Below, in pieces: positions 37,386-50,339 of a stretch of 64,000 nt of DNA (positions are counted from its first letter, which is position 1; every line of letters begins with the position of its first letter). The notes under the pieces were generated by a model. That model did no database searches. It had not been told where the DNA came from and was given only the letters and a program-made list of their open reading frames with translations. Both the position numbers and the translations under genes were made by a program. The stretch comes from Isurus oxyrinchus. Its lineage: Eukaryota. The stretch lies in NCBI GenBank assembly GCA_026770705.1, contig JANJGN010000026.1:36518001-36582000 (forward strand), written 5' to 3'.

Positions 37386-37960
37386 TGAGTATAGAGGCGA
37401 AATAATACGAGGAACAGCGGATACAGAATCACAAATACCTGGCGTTATCTTTCTTGCTTTTGTTAGTTCTTTCTTTCATTTTTACTGTATATTTGAATTC
37501 TTTCCTTTTTCTTCTTTCTCTATTTCAGATTTTGTCTCCTCTCCTCCCTCTTCCACTTTGATTCATTAATTCTCTTTCTGCTTTTGGAATATGATGAGTT
37601 ATCTTGCATCACAAGAGTATTACTTTTTTGAGCATGACGATAAGGCAGTGATGGAACGGCGAATTTTTAAACACAAACCCCGCCCAGCACGGTGTTCTAC
37701 GCAACCCGGGTCTCTCCTCCTCCTCTATGAATGACATTGTGAGCGATGCCGTCAAATGCGGTAGGAGGACGAGACAGTTCTCCTGTTCAAACCCAGATAA
37801 TTGATTCGTTACATTTTGATAACAGCAGAATTGCACGAGACGCTTCCTCCTCTCTAGCTCTACATATATGCAAACCCGTTTTTCCACGGCACTCTAACAG
37901 ATTACAACAACAAATAGAACTGCTCTTCCAAGGGGCTGTTTTTGCATCATAATAGATCCC

Positions 37961-38449
37961 ATGTCGTACCGCTGTCCCGTTATATTCTGATTGGTGTTCG
38001 GCAAGTATGGCCAGGCCTGGTATCTGTTTACACTTTTGTGGTGCCATGAGGCATTCTAACACAGTTAGAGTTATAGTTGCCCCTCAGTTCTGTTTTATTT
38101 CAAGGGAGATCCGGGCAGATTCGGTATAACAAGCTCAGATAACACTCTACGTGGCTGAATGAGATGGTGTGATAAAAGATTGTAGGTAATAGACACAACA
38201 AACCTCCGTGACCCCGATCTGTAGTGGCACTGACAGCGCACAAAGGCTCCCCGTTTTATTTTTCATCGGGATAACAACAGGAAAATTGACATGGATTTTG
38301 CCAAGAGAAGATTCGAGGCCAAGCAGACTAATGCAGAAAAAAAAGTTTCCTTTAGCGATCACTGGAGAGGAAATCTAGGACACCGCCGCATCTTTCTGTG
38401 TGCTGAGGATCACAATTGTTTCAAACTCATCTGTCGCTGTACAAAAACC
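37961..38449 (+). pseudogene. TCR V pseudogene (paralog of the inverted 26471-26942 segment)
   Basis: The leader has a TGA stop and a GC donor, and the V exon has many stops. RSS is CACAATT(38411)-23-ACAAAAACC, with a spacer almost identical to that at 26480-26502. Confidence 0.9.
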
Positions 38450-39389
38450 TCAGCGATATAGAACTGCCATACGCTTTCTCCCCAGGTCAAACGAACATGA
38501 CCTACTCTGTTAGTGCCATCCACTGCTCAGTCGGTCTGACTCCTGCATCTGAATTATAAGCTTATAAATTCAATTCTCACTCCAGAGAGTTCAGTCCACA
38601 ATCCAGGCTGATTCTCGGGTGCCAGAGGAGACGTTGAACCGAGGGTCCGGCGACTCTCTTAGATAAAAAGATTCCTGGCCTCCATTTGGTAGAATGATAG
38701 AGCATTTCTCTCAAGTTTCCTGGACCCATACTAATGTCTAAACCGACATCACTAAAAGAGCTTACCAAGTTGCCTTTTTGTGGGAGCTTGTTGTGTATAT
38801 ATTAGATACCGCACTTCCTACATTTCAACAGCGGCTGCCCTGCGAATTGCTGCATTAACGTTTTAAGGTGTGTAGGGGAGGCTGGATTTGCTCACTGCCA
38901 TTGTTCGTATGTGTAACATATTAAATATTGCAATTCCTGGAACTGTCTCAACTTCTAGAATCACTTCGATGATGTTAGTTACTTGACTGGATATCACACC
39001 TGCACAATGGTGCGCTGTGCCTTCAAAGGAGCTGAGAGGATTTGCAACAATCTGCAAAAAATATTTGAGCAGAGACCCGAAACAACTCTTTATATCTGAG
39101 CGATCAATGCAAGGGTGAACACAGAGCAGCTTACCGCTGATTTCAACGAGCTTCATTAACTTTCATCTGGCTTTCTCCTCCATGTTTTGTTTACATACAT
39201 CCTCCAAATCAAGATTTTGGATAACTCAGTGTTATTTGGGAAATTCAGATGGGAAACTCAGAATGGCAGCTATTTTCAGTAAAATGTTAAAAATATAATC
39301 CACTATATTAGTCGAAATTCTATTCTCTTGCTCTTTCTGAAGCAACGGTTTACTTCCAATGCTTGTTAAAGTCAAAGGTTAACTTCAGT

Positions 39390-40470
39390 TACCTGGATGG
39401 CTGGCGGACAGCAGAGAGCGTGGATAAATGGCTCTTCTTCGGTTTGGCAGAATGTAATGAGAGGAGTCTGTATGGGGCCTCATTTTTTTAACGATTTACA
39501 TCAAGGATATGGATGAGGTGAGTGAAGTCATGCTAGCTAAATTTGCAGATGACACAGAGATAGGTAGGAAAGTATGCTGCGAAGAGGGCATGAGGAGGTT
39601 GCAGGTGGAAATGGATAGGTTGAGTGAGTGGGCAGAGACCTGATAAATTGAGTGTAATGTGGGAAAATATGAAGGTGTTCACTTTGGCAGGGAGAAGAAA
39701 AAAGCAAAGTATTACTTAAATGGATAATGACTGCATAATTCTGAGGTGCAGATGGATCCACGTGTTCTAGCTCATGAGTCACAAAAAGTGATTTTGCAGA
39801 CACTGGAAATAAGTAAGAAGGCTAATGGAATGCTATGCTTTATTACGATAGGGATTGAATATAAAAGTATGAATGATATGCTTCAGTTATACAGGACATT
39901 GTTGAGACGGCACCTCGAATACTGTGTGCTGTTCTGTTCTACTTTTTCAGGGAAGGTTGTAAATGCATTACAGGTGGTTGAAAGGAGATTTACTAGATTG
40001 ATGTCTGGAATGAGTGGGTTGTCTTATGAGGAAAGGTTGGACAGACTGGGTTTGTTTCCACTGGAGTTTACAAGAGTGAGGGGTGATTTCGTTGATGTAT
40101 ACAAAATCCTGAACGGCCTTGACAAGGTGCACGTCAAAAGAATGTTCCCTCTTGTGGGTGAGCCCAGAACTAGGGGGCACTGTTTTAAAATAAGTGTTCA
40201 CCCTTTGAGAACAGAGATGAGGAGAATTTTCTTCTCTCAGAGGGTTGTGCGTCCTTGGAACTCTGCCTCAGAAGGCAGTGGAGGCGGGGTCATTGAATAG
40301 TTTTAAGCAGAGGTAGACAGATTCTTGTTAGGCAAGGGAATCACAGTTATCTGGGTTAGATAGGAATGTGGAAATCAAAACGCAAGAAGATCAGCCACAA
40401 TCTTATTGAATGGCGGAGCAGGCTCGAGGGGCCGAATGGTCCACTCCTGTTCCCAGTACTATGTTCTTAT
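39390..40470 (+). mobile_element. CR1 LINE, RT C-terminal half and 3' UTR
   Basis: KFADDT at ~39539, and ORF 39746-40300 (KKANGML..LYRTLLRRHLEYC..LSYEERLDRLGLFPLE). Confidence 0.93.
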
Positions 40471-40977
40471 GTAATCAGTTCTTATACCTTTGAAAGCCTT
40501 TTTTGTGCTCGCTGTGTGAGGGTCGGAGAAGATGTGTTGTTAAGCGCCAACAATGATTTCAACCAGTTCACTTGGATATCTCTTAACATATTTCGGGAAC
40601 ATTAAAGCATCAAAAAAGTTTTTAAAAAATACACAGACTAATCTGACACCAAAAAGCACGAAATAATGGGGCACGTGACAATGATTGGAAGAGACGGTCT
40701 TTGCTTCGGGATCGGTTAACAAGCTCAGTGTCTGCCATCATTGGCTGCTCTTGAGGAAGACCCAAAGACACAGTTGTGGGGAGGGGGAACCACATAATTT
40801 TCAGCAGTTAGCCCAGAGGAACAAATGGAAGAGAGAAACAGTGAGTCAATCTGTTTGTTCACTGACCTGTAACTAAGGTGCAGATTGTAATTTAATTGTC
40901 CCTCTGGAGACTGTCATTTAGAATAAATGAGGGGTGCTTTGATACACATCTTCGGTAATTCCTTGAGTTTCTGAGAG

Positions 40978-43431
40978 ATGATGCACGGGCCAGCGAAAGG
41001 CCTCTTCTTCGCTATTTGCTATCCCATTCTCGCTGTTATTGGTGTGCCTGGTAAGTGATGAATCCCGAATAAATGTTTGTGTTGATGTAAATCTCCAGAT
41101 GTTTAGTCTCTTCTCTTCAGAGTCTGCATTTAAGGGAGTTCAATCGAATTATATCGGTGCTCTGTATGTTATTATACTGTGTTATGTTGGATTATAGCTC
41201 TACTTGCGCTTGCATTATGGGGCATTGCAAAATATTATTCAATTTATTATGCTGCATATTTAGAGAAATGCTTTTTATTAGAATGCTGAGATATGAATTG
41301 TAATGTTTGCCTTTGCATAGACATTAACCTGTTATATTGTTGAACATTGTGTTTTATTCTAATCCAGTCAAATGCAATCTAGCATTTTGAGTATTGAGCG
41401 AGATCATTGCATATCATCATGTACTGACCTGCATTTTCGTGCGCTGGTCCTATCAATATATCAGAAAATTAATTGTTACAGTGCAATTATTCAATTAAAT
41501 GAATTGTAATATAAAATACTTTCAGTGATAATACACATATACAATGCAACCTCTAGAAGTATGTAAAATTTACAGTATGATTTCCCACTGGGCAGTCCTA
41601 ATTGTTAATCTGGCTTTGGGATTTAATTATGGAATCGTTTGAAAAAGGGGAGTGAGGTCTCAAGATTTTCAATGTGCTTTGCTTTGTGCTGGTAGGTCTT
41701 ATAAATTTTGGATAGTTATATTTTTAATCATCAGCGGGATGTGGGTGTCCGTGACAAGATCAACATTTATTGCTCTTCACTAGTTTCCACTTCAGAAAGT
41801 GGGGTTGCATTTGCTTCTTCAGCCGATCCTGTATGTATGGCACGGATGTTTCACAGGAACTTCACCTGATTAATTTCATACTGAACGGCGCAAGGGGATA
41901 TTTGACCAAAGGGTACTCACAGAGTTTACTTCTAAGGAACGTTCTAAAGAGGAAAGAAGAGCTGGAGCCGTAGAGGGAGGGGTTTTCAGAGATCAGAGCG
42001 TCGGCAGCTAAACGCTGAACCTCTACAAATGAAAAGATTAATGCCAGGGGCACGAAACTGCAGAATTGGAAGCATATGTTGGATCTCAGACAGTTGCAGT
42101 GTGTTACAGGAATTGAAGAAGGCGAGATAACAGAAGAAGTTAAAAATAGACGGACGAGGTTATTAAAACAGAGACGTTGCCATTCAGGGGGGCATTGGGC
42201 TGATGGATGGGCGGAACTTTTGCCGTTTTATGCCAATAAGGGCAGCGGTAGCAAATGTTTCAGATAATCTTAAATTGGATAGTTAGGCCTGAAGATTGCC
42301 TCAGTGTACAGAGAGTGAAGTTTGGAGTGAGAATGAGTGGATTGCCTCATGTTTTGACTAATAGTTAATCCAGCATTGGATGTCAGACAATTACCAAAGA
42401 CTTCACAGTAGTCGCAGCCTGGAGGTGGCAAAATGACGGGTAAGGAGGGTTTAATTAACAGATTCGATGAGGCAGTATCTCATGTTTGGAATCCGCTTGG
42501 TAACATCTCTACCCCTTTATCCCTCACAGCCAACTTGCTAGCGATCGTAATTCTATCTCGAGGGTGCTGCGGGCTCTCCCGCTGCACCACCTACTACCTG
42601 GTGGCAATCGCGGTGAGCGATTTCCTGGTCATCATCACCGCCGGCATCCTCAACCGGATAGGCCGCATCTACTTTCAGGACAGTGTCCTCTCCACCACTC
42701 CCGCATGCGCACTCAGCAATGTGCTGGTCTTTACCATCCGGGATGTGTCAGTCTGGCTTACGGTCGCCTTCACCATTGACCGTTTTGTGGCCATCTGCTG
42801 TCAGAGCCTGAAGAGCAGATATTGCACTGAGAAAACTGCGTTGCTGGTTATAGGACTGGTCAGCGCCCTGAGCTGCGTGAGGAATGCCCCTTTCTACTTC
42901 AGCTACCAGCCTTTGTACATCCTGGACGGAGTGTCCTGGTTCTGTGCCATTAAGCCTGCCTTTTATATTCTTACCGCCTGGCATGCCTTTGATTGGCTGG
43001 ACCGCATCTTAACCCCCTTTCTCCCATTCCTCCTCATTCTGCTTCTCAATGCCCTGACCGTAAGGCACATTCTAATGGCCAGCAGAGCCCGCAGGAGGCT
43101 CCGGGGCACCGAGAGTCACGGAGACCAGGAAATCATCAATCGCAAGCGGTCCATTGTCCTGCTTTTTGCCATCTCGCTCAGCTTCCTCCTCCTGTGGGCC
43201 ATCTTTGTTGCACATTTCCTCTATGTGCGGATTACAGGCGAGGGCTATCTCACCAGCCTGAATTTTAATGATCCAGATTACATCGTTCAGGAGACCACCA
43301 ACATGTTCCAGTTGTTCAGTTCCTGCAACAATGTCTTCATCTATGCCGTGACCCAGAACAAGTTCCGAGAACAGCTGAAGGAAGTCATGATGTGTCCCTT
43401 CACCACGGTCACTGTTTGCTTTAAATGGTAA
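40978..43431 (+). CDS. Two-exon class A GPCR of the GPR139/142-like type (exon 1 40978-41050, exon 2 42530-43431; about 324 aa)
   Basis: Exon 1 MMHGPAKGLFFAICYPILAVIGVP|gtaagt splices in phase to ANLLAIVILSRG. The product has seven hydrophobic segments, a TM2 AVSD, a TM3 DRFVAIC and a TM7 NVFIY, with no stops. Confidence 0.92.
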
Positions 43432-44114
43432 AAACAGGTTAAAACACCTTTGCGTTAATTCACTTCCATCAGAGTAGTTCAGTGTGTCGCTCTGTCCAGC
43501 ATAAAAAAGTCCTAGGCTCTGTCTCTCGGACTTGAGAGATGTAAGGCCCGTATTCCAATGGCGACAGTCCCCCTGTCTGAAGGGATTTTGAAATATCACA
43601 GTTGCTGCCTGCCTAGATGAGATACAAAGGCTGATTCTTCCTTTCTCTTTCTTTCTTTCCTTCTTTCTTCCTTTCTCAGTCATACCGCTAAGTCTCTAAC
43701 CCCTCGAAGTTTACACCGAATACAGAAAGGAAAGCATTTGAACAAATGGGAAATTCTTCCTTTCTCAGTGAATCGTGATCTGAAATTTGTTGCCTGAAAG
43801 GGCGCTGGGCGCACAGTGGATTAAAATTTTCAAATGTTCATTAATAAATACTGGAACAGGACGACATTTAGAAAAGAGCAAGGGAAACTAAGTAACTTGA
43901 TGGATCTATCAGAAACCCGGAATACACATCGTGGCCTACTGACCTCCTCCAAAACTCTATTGTTACACAACACTGCAGTGGTATTTCACACTGGATGAAG
44001 ACCCTTATAAGAAATGCTGCAGCTAATTGCTCAGCGTCAGATCCCCAATCTCATTCGGAACATTGAAGGCCACCTATCTGCTCATCGGTTGGTGAGAGAG
44101 TTTGGGTGGGAGCA

Positions 44115-44290
44115 AAATAAAGCAAATGCTGGAAATCAGAAATAAAAACAGAAAAGGTTGGAAAACTCAGCAGGCCTGACAGTGTCTGTGGAAGAGTCAT
44201 GAGGACATGAAACGTTAACTTTGTTCCTCTTTCCACAGATGCTGCCAGGCATATTGAGTTTTTCCAGTATTTTCCATTTTTATTTCAGAG
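44115..44290. mobile_element. Degraded Penelope-type terminal repeat / short inverted-repeat element
   Basis: AAATGCTGGAAATCAGAAATAAAAACAGAA..GTCATGAGGACATGAAACGTTAACT. A similar head occurs at 4830-4945. Confidence 0.6.
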
Positions 44291-44766
44291 TGTAGATGGA
44301 TGCGGGAGGATCAAAACACAGCAAAACAATGACATACCCTCTTATAATATTAACAGCGACAGTGGATGATCTAATGAAATGAAAACAAAACAGGTGTCTG
44401 CTGTCACATGAACAGAGTCGAAATATGTCATGATGTAATCACAAGATATGAACTAATCTCCTGAAGAGAACCGGTTTAATTTAATAGAGACATGTTCTCA
44501 TAAATTCATACCAGAGAAAGGAACTAATCAAATGTAAACGTGTATCTGTTTTACTTCATCAATAACTGAGCCAGAAATTCACGTTATATAAAAAGAGAAA
44601 CTCTGAAGTGTAAGCAAAGTTTAAACAGGGTCGCCTGTTATTTAAGCAATGGCATGTCCTTGCACAATGTTAAATGAGACCTGGTGTGTGTAAGATAACC
44701 AGTGACTTGCATTTGCAAACGGAATGATGTGTTTTGTACACACATGCGCTTTAGATAGTGTATATG

Positions 44767-46690
44767 TGTTGTGGTCACTTTGACAAACGGACCACAGGAG
44801 TCTCAGGTGCAGGTCACGATCGTTTATTCGAGCAATTGCAAGGAGAGAACCATCTCAATACAGCTTGAGATAGCACTCTGCTAAATTACAAGTGTTCAAC
44901 ATATTAATACATTATTGGTCACATACAAGAACAGTTTCCAGATTCCGATCTCGTCAACATGTAGGTTTACATTAAACATAAATCTCTGGTAACAGGTACA
45001 TGCATTGCATGTCCCTATTTTCACCCAGGCAGAGACTTTCCCTCCCATCTAAACTGGGACCATCTGTCCTACCCCTATCTGTTGAAGAGCACACATAAAC
45101 TTCGTTGTTTTCCAACCTAAGTCTCCAGTCTAACTCCCAGGACCTTGCTAGTGATTGCAAACCCTGAGGGTGGACAAAGTTTGAGAGTGTGTCAGGTTCA
45201 TCCGGTTTAACTGTTTAATTGTTGATTTACTGGTTTGTGCTGGCCTGCCTATAGATTCTAATTTAAATAATTCATTCCCTTATAATGAATTCTCCCTTAC
45301 CATAAATTCTCATTTACTTTCTTCCCCCTAACAGGCCCTTTTGGCCCATGGACTAGCCCAAGGCAGCCAACAATAGTGATACTGTCCGTCCCTTTACACA
45401 CCGTTGCCCATTGATGCTGGCCAGTCGTCCAGCTTTGGATTGTAATGGCTACTGCCAGGTCACCTGTGTCATCTGGCCCTCCAATTCAAGCCTCTGGCTT
45501 CAAAAACTCCCCCAGCACCACCTCTTTTGCCACTTTTGGGTACAATGTATCAAGTATCTTAAATATGTAACTAGTATCAGCTGAATCACAACCAGTGCAT
45601 AGGAGGTCGTCCGAATCCACTGCTGTATTTGTACATTTGAGCCCCAATTCCTCCACCACCATGTGGAGGAAGCTATTTGCTCGATATCCTCTTTTAATGC
45701 TCCACCCTGTTGCTGTAGTTTATAATATGTTTTGCATATCTGCTGAGCCTGTCTCCGAATTTTGGTTAGGTGCTCGGGTAAAGTGGGAGTTTCATGGGAC
45801 CACTGGTTGAAATACTGTGCCTCGTTATCCTTACGGCTTTCCTTGACCTGAATAGTAGTCGTTCTTCTCTTGTACATTTCAACCAGTTCCACTTACCCTA
45901 CCCTTGCTGGCGCCTGTGAGTGTTGGCACACTGAATGATTATGTATGGTCACATTGGTTGTTCCCGTATTGGATCTTCTGCTGCCACGTGGTAATACAAT
46001 CTCTCCCATTCCCCATGTATGCAACATGGGTCGGTTCTTTTGCAGCCCATATTGTTTCCATTGTACAATGTTGTTGCTGCTTTAAATCAGCACTTAGCTT
46101 CACCTGTCTCTTTTATTGGGTGTGCATACCACTGCGTTGGCCTCTATCCTGCACTCTTCTAACGTGGTCCTAACTATATTCCTTTCAATGTCTACTGCAT
46201 ATGGTAGAATGTCATGATACCTAATGAAGTAATTCTCCCATATAACGCCAATAATTTCTACTCTATGTCCTGCCGAGTGTTGAAATAGGAATGACAGGTA
46301 TTACTAATACAATACCTATTAGCATATTACTATTCACTATACATTCAACATTCATTCTATATACGCATTTTAAGCCTCTGAGCAGGCAATGGTCAAGTCA
46401 AGACCCTTGTATCGTGAAAGGTTAAATAAATGCTCATTAGTTACCCATAAAGGATCTACGCCTTCATTAATCTGTCTTAAGTTCCCTCGTGCTTGTTCCA
46501 GTGCCCAGGATCTATAAGTGCTGCAAACATCACTTCTGCCTGCTTCGTCCGATATATTTTTCCCCATTGCAGTGAGTTTGTTGATAGTCCCCGCTTGACT
46601 TTCGAGCATGGTAGCCAGACTTCGGATTAATCGTGTCATGCCCTGGCCTGTATTTAATTGGGTGTTATGAATTATGATAGTCGTCAGGTG
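44767..46690 (-). mobile_element. Truncated endogenous retrovirus-like element: decayed env plus 3' LTR (45333-44767)
   Basis: LTR runs TGTTAG..CAACA with AATAAA at 44828-44823, and a purine-rich tract GGGCCAAAAGGGCC precedes it. Upstream ORF pieces show heptad-like, Cys-rich, Trp-rich and TM (YALVVIQLILVTYL) segments. Confidence 0.7.
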
Positions 46691-47938
46691 TTCAATGCAA
46701 TTAATGATCTAAAGTAAAATAGCAAAACGTGCCATTTCTATTTGCCTCATGCAAAAAAAAACTAAAATGTAAAATCGACGAGAAGCGAAAGCAACTTACA
46801 AATAAGTATTAATTGAAACGAGTAAAGGAGGAGAAAGAAATCAGTGTTGAGTGCAAGAAGTGAGGAATAAGTTGTTGATGCTGTTCAAACGGACTTCAGA
46901 AGTGAAAGCGAGACAAGAAACTTTTGATAAAATGTAACTAAAATGTGCAACGTACACACTCAGCGTAATTCAATAGAATAAAATGTTATTTGTTTAATTA
47001 CATTTTGTATGCATGCTTCTTTCACAATGTCACAGTTAATCGCCCCTGATTGAACCAGAATCTCAGTATTTTATTCCGTGCTGTGCCTGCTCTGGGGAGC
47101 ATTTGATGGTACAGCATGGGAGGGCTTTACCCTGTACCTGTTCCTTGCTCCATCTACCCTGAAAGTGTTTTCTGGGGAGTTGCAGAGGGATTTGTATCTA
47201 ACCCATGCGGTTAGTCTGGAAATGAGAGGCTGGGCAGAGTAGAGGGAGATTTGTTCTGCATCATACCTGTGCTGTTCCTGTCCTTGCAGTCTTTCGTTCG
47301 GCCGTATCGAGACAGAATTTCTCGGCATCTAATTGACACGTTTAGATGATGATCAATATAGATCGAAATAAAATTTGTAAGGAACTGACATATATAAATT
47401 ACAAAATGTTTATCAACCTTGATTGAATAACTTTAATTTTGATTGATGTCCATTCTTGATGAAGAGGCAAGACGTAACAAAAGGCTTCTGTCCTTAGGAA
47501 ATGAACACTGCAACTTTATCAACCGTGGAATTAGTAATGCAAAGTTTATGTCGTTAATGCAAATGAACATGGTTTGTGTTAGTGACTTGGGCATACCAGG
47601 GAACTGAGGCCATAATCTCAGAAATGATGTAGAGAATAATCTTTAGCAACTAGAAAACAATAAAAACGAGATTTACAGTGCTAATAAAATCAACGTAATA
47701 GCATCTGTAATGAACTGGCATAATAATAATACAGGAAAATCATAAAGCAATATTTGAGAAGAAATGGAGAATCCGTGATTCACAGGCGGGATTCCACTGG
47801 ATGGCTCTCCAGACCTCATCTTTGCCCCAAACTTACAGAACTCTCAGTTCTCTGTTGCCACACGTGGTGCCTTTGCTTTGTGACATCACACGGAACATGG
47901 TGGTGCATTAAAAGCAAGAGTTTATGATTAAACCGCAG

Positions 47939-48210
47939 GTGTTATGGCACAGGAGACTTACAGTGACCTCTACGAATCATTGTTTCCATGGCCCAATCAC
48001 ACATGGAGATCTGAAGAAGATGGCTAACAACGCTTTCAGCCAAAATATCTCCTCAATGTGTCCTATTCAGACAGCGAGTTTTGTAAATCATTTTTTGACT
48101 GAATGTCGTTTTATTGGCGACAAATTGAAATTGTCTGGAAAATACCGACTCCCACTGTAACTGGAATCCTACTCTTCCACAACATCCCCGCCTCCTTCTG
48201 CGCAAGTAAT
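47939..48210 (+). pseudogene. Highly degraded Vdelta-like relic without RSS
   Basis: Frameshifted pieces QPKYLLNVSYSDSEF, TECRFIGDKLKLSGKYRL and TVTGILL..SFCAS align with the 8908 V (QPEF..DSEFKADFAESRF..YRLT). TGTGACATCA lies upstream. Confidence 0.45.
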
Positions 48211-48254
48211 ATTTACCGTAATAAAATAATGACGACATTGCATATAGAGTGCAT

Positions 48255-48600
48255 ACGGAGATACAAATTAGGAGCAGGAGTAGCCCTATCGGCCTCTCGA
48301 GCTCACTTTGCCATTCACTAAGATCATGGCTGACATGATTGTGGCCTCAACTTCATTTTTCTTTCGACCCGTGATAATCTTTTACTCCTTTGTCAATCAA
48401 GAATCTATTTAAATCAGCTTTTATAATATTCAATGGCCCAGACTCCACCGCTTTCTGGGGAAGAGACTGTAAAGACTCACGACCCTCTGAGCGACAAAAA
48501 AAATCTCCTTATCTTAAATTGGAGACCACATATTTTTTAAACCCTGTCCCCTAGTTATGGTCTCCCTCAAAAGGGAAAACATATTTTCCACATCCACCTT
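48255..48600 (-). mobile_element. CR1 LINE 3' fragment
   Basis: Reverse complement of the CR1 3' end seen at 40120-40470. Confidence 0.75.
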
Positions 48601-50339
48601 ATGGAGATAATAAATAGAGTGCACGTCTGTGTGAAGCACATCATTATTAATGTTTGCTAATGCATGCCCCTGGTTATCTTGAACTAAACGCTGTCTCATT
48701 TATTACTGCAGGCGACCATGCCTTTGTTTAATTTACATAAGATCATGCTGCCATTGTTATTGTCCTTGAGCATGAGACATAACGGAAATCCCAGTCTCAG
48801 TTAGCAATGCAGTGCACCGTGCCTTTGTTCATGTTACCGTAGTTGCTGGCTCTAGTATTAATCAACTACACATTGTCTCCATCGCATTAAACCGCATCTC
48901 CTTTTATCAAATTAAATACCATCCCAGTGATTATGTCATGGCACCTTTTATCTCTATTCATATTACGTTAGAAACAGTTTTTCTTTCTGTAGCATTAGTC
49001 CTTCCCTGTCGCTCTTCATATACACTAGACCATGCTAATGTGCAAATATATGTAATGGAAGCAGGAACAGATCACTCGAACCCTCGAGTTCGTTCCACCA
49101 GTCAATAACATCCTGACTGATCTGATTGTAACATCGACCTCACATTCCCGCCAACCTCCGATAACCTTTCGCGCCACCTCGGCCACCATGACACACTTTT
49201 GGGTTGGCCTGAGGTCACGAAAAGCGCGGTTGACACCCACACAGCACTGGGCGATGTCAGTCGAACACTGCTCCCATGCTGGGTTTCTTAAAGAACTATT
49301 CAGTTAGCAAGAGAGGAGCTTCAACTCAGCGAACAAGGCGAAGACATCGGACTACAATGTTTGGAAGGGAGGGTGGGGGTGTTGGGGGTGGGAGTCCGGG
49401 GGTAAAAACAAAAACTGCCGGCTTTTTATAAAGAAGGAGCTGAAAGCCGGCCATGTTTGTATTGATGAGTAAACTGCAAATTTGTTTCCACTTTCCAGTA
49501 AATGACGTTATTCATTCTGAAAGGAAACGATTGTGTCCATTACTCCAGCCGTATTTCCCTTTAGAAATAGTAGATAACTGCCAGTTCGTTACACTCTCCT
49601 GCTCTTTTCACTTTGCCCCTCTTTTCCAGTATTTATCCAATTCCCATTTGGAAGTTACTGTTTAATCCGTGCCCAGCTTCCTTCCAGGCAGCACATTCGG
49701 GGCCAAAATTCACGTCTCAAAAATAACTCCTCATGTTATCAAATACGTTATTTTAAGTGTAAGGGCTAAACGTGGAGATCGAGTCTCTGAGGTGTGCAGT
49801 TGTTGCTGAGAAAGAATGAATGAAAGAAAGAAAAATAATCAGGCATTTATATAGCGCCCTTCCCGGCCTCAGGGCGCCCAAAGGGCTTTACAGCCAATTA
49901 GAAACTGTTGTAACGCAGGAAACGCGGCAACAAAATGTGGGCAGAGCAAGATTCCACAAAAAGTAATGTGATAAATGAGCATAAAACTGGTCCCACTGGT
50001 GCTAAATGAAGGATAAATATTGGCCAAGCGAACTGGGGGGAACACTTTGCTATTTTTTTTAAATTGTTGAATAGAGACAATGAGACATTTTGCAATTCAC
50101 CTGAGGGCGTAAACATAGGCCATCGTTCATCATCTCACCCAGAAAGACAGCATGTTCGATGACTCAGGGTTCCTTCAGTACAGACAACAAGAGACTGTCG
50201 GCGATGGAATATGAGATTTACATACCTCGAGTGAGGGAGCTTGAGTGGATGATTTGTTATTAAGGTGACAGAGAGTTTTATGCACTGAGAGACTCTGATG
50301 GAAGAGGAATACCATGAGGGGATTTTATTATTTTTCACC

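Noticed and set aside
39746-40300. 184-aa ORF as a host gene
   Set aside because: It is a CR1 LINE ORF2 C-terminal fragment.
42433-42529. N-terminus of the 332-aa ORF
   Set aside because: Intronic read-through. The real start is exon 1 at 40978, with canonical splice sites that complete TM1.
43072-43683. 203-aa minus-strand ORF
   Set aside because: An antisense shadow of the GC-rich GPCR exon with no recognisable motifs.
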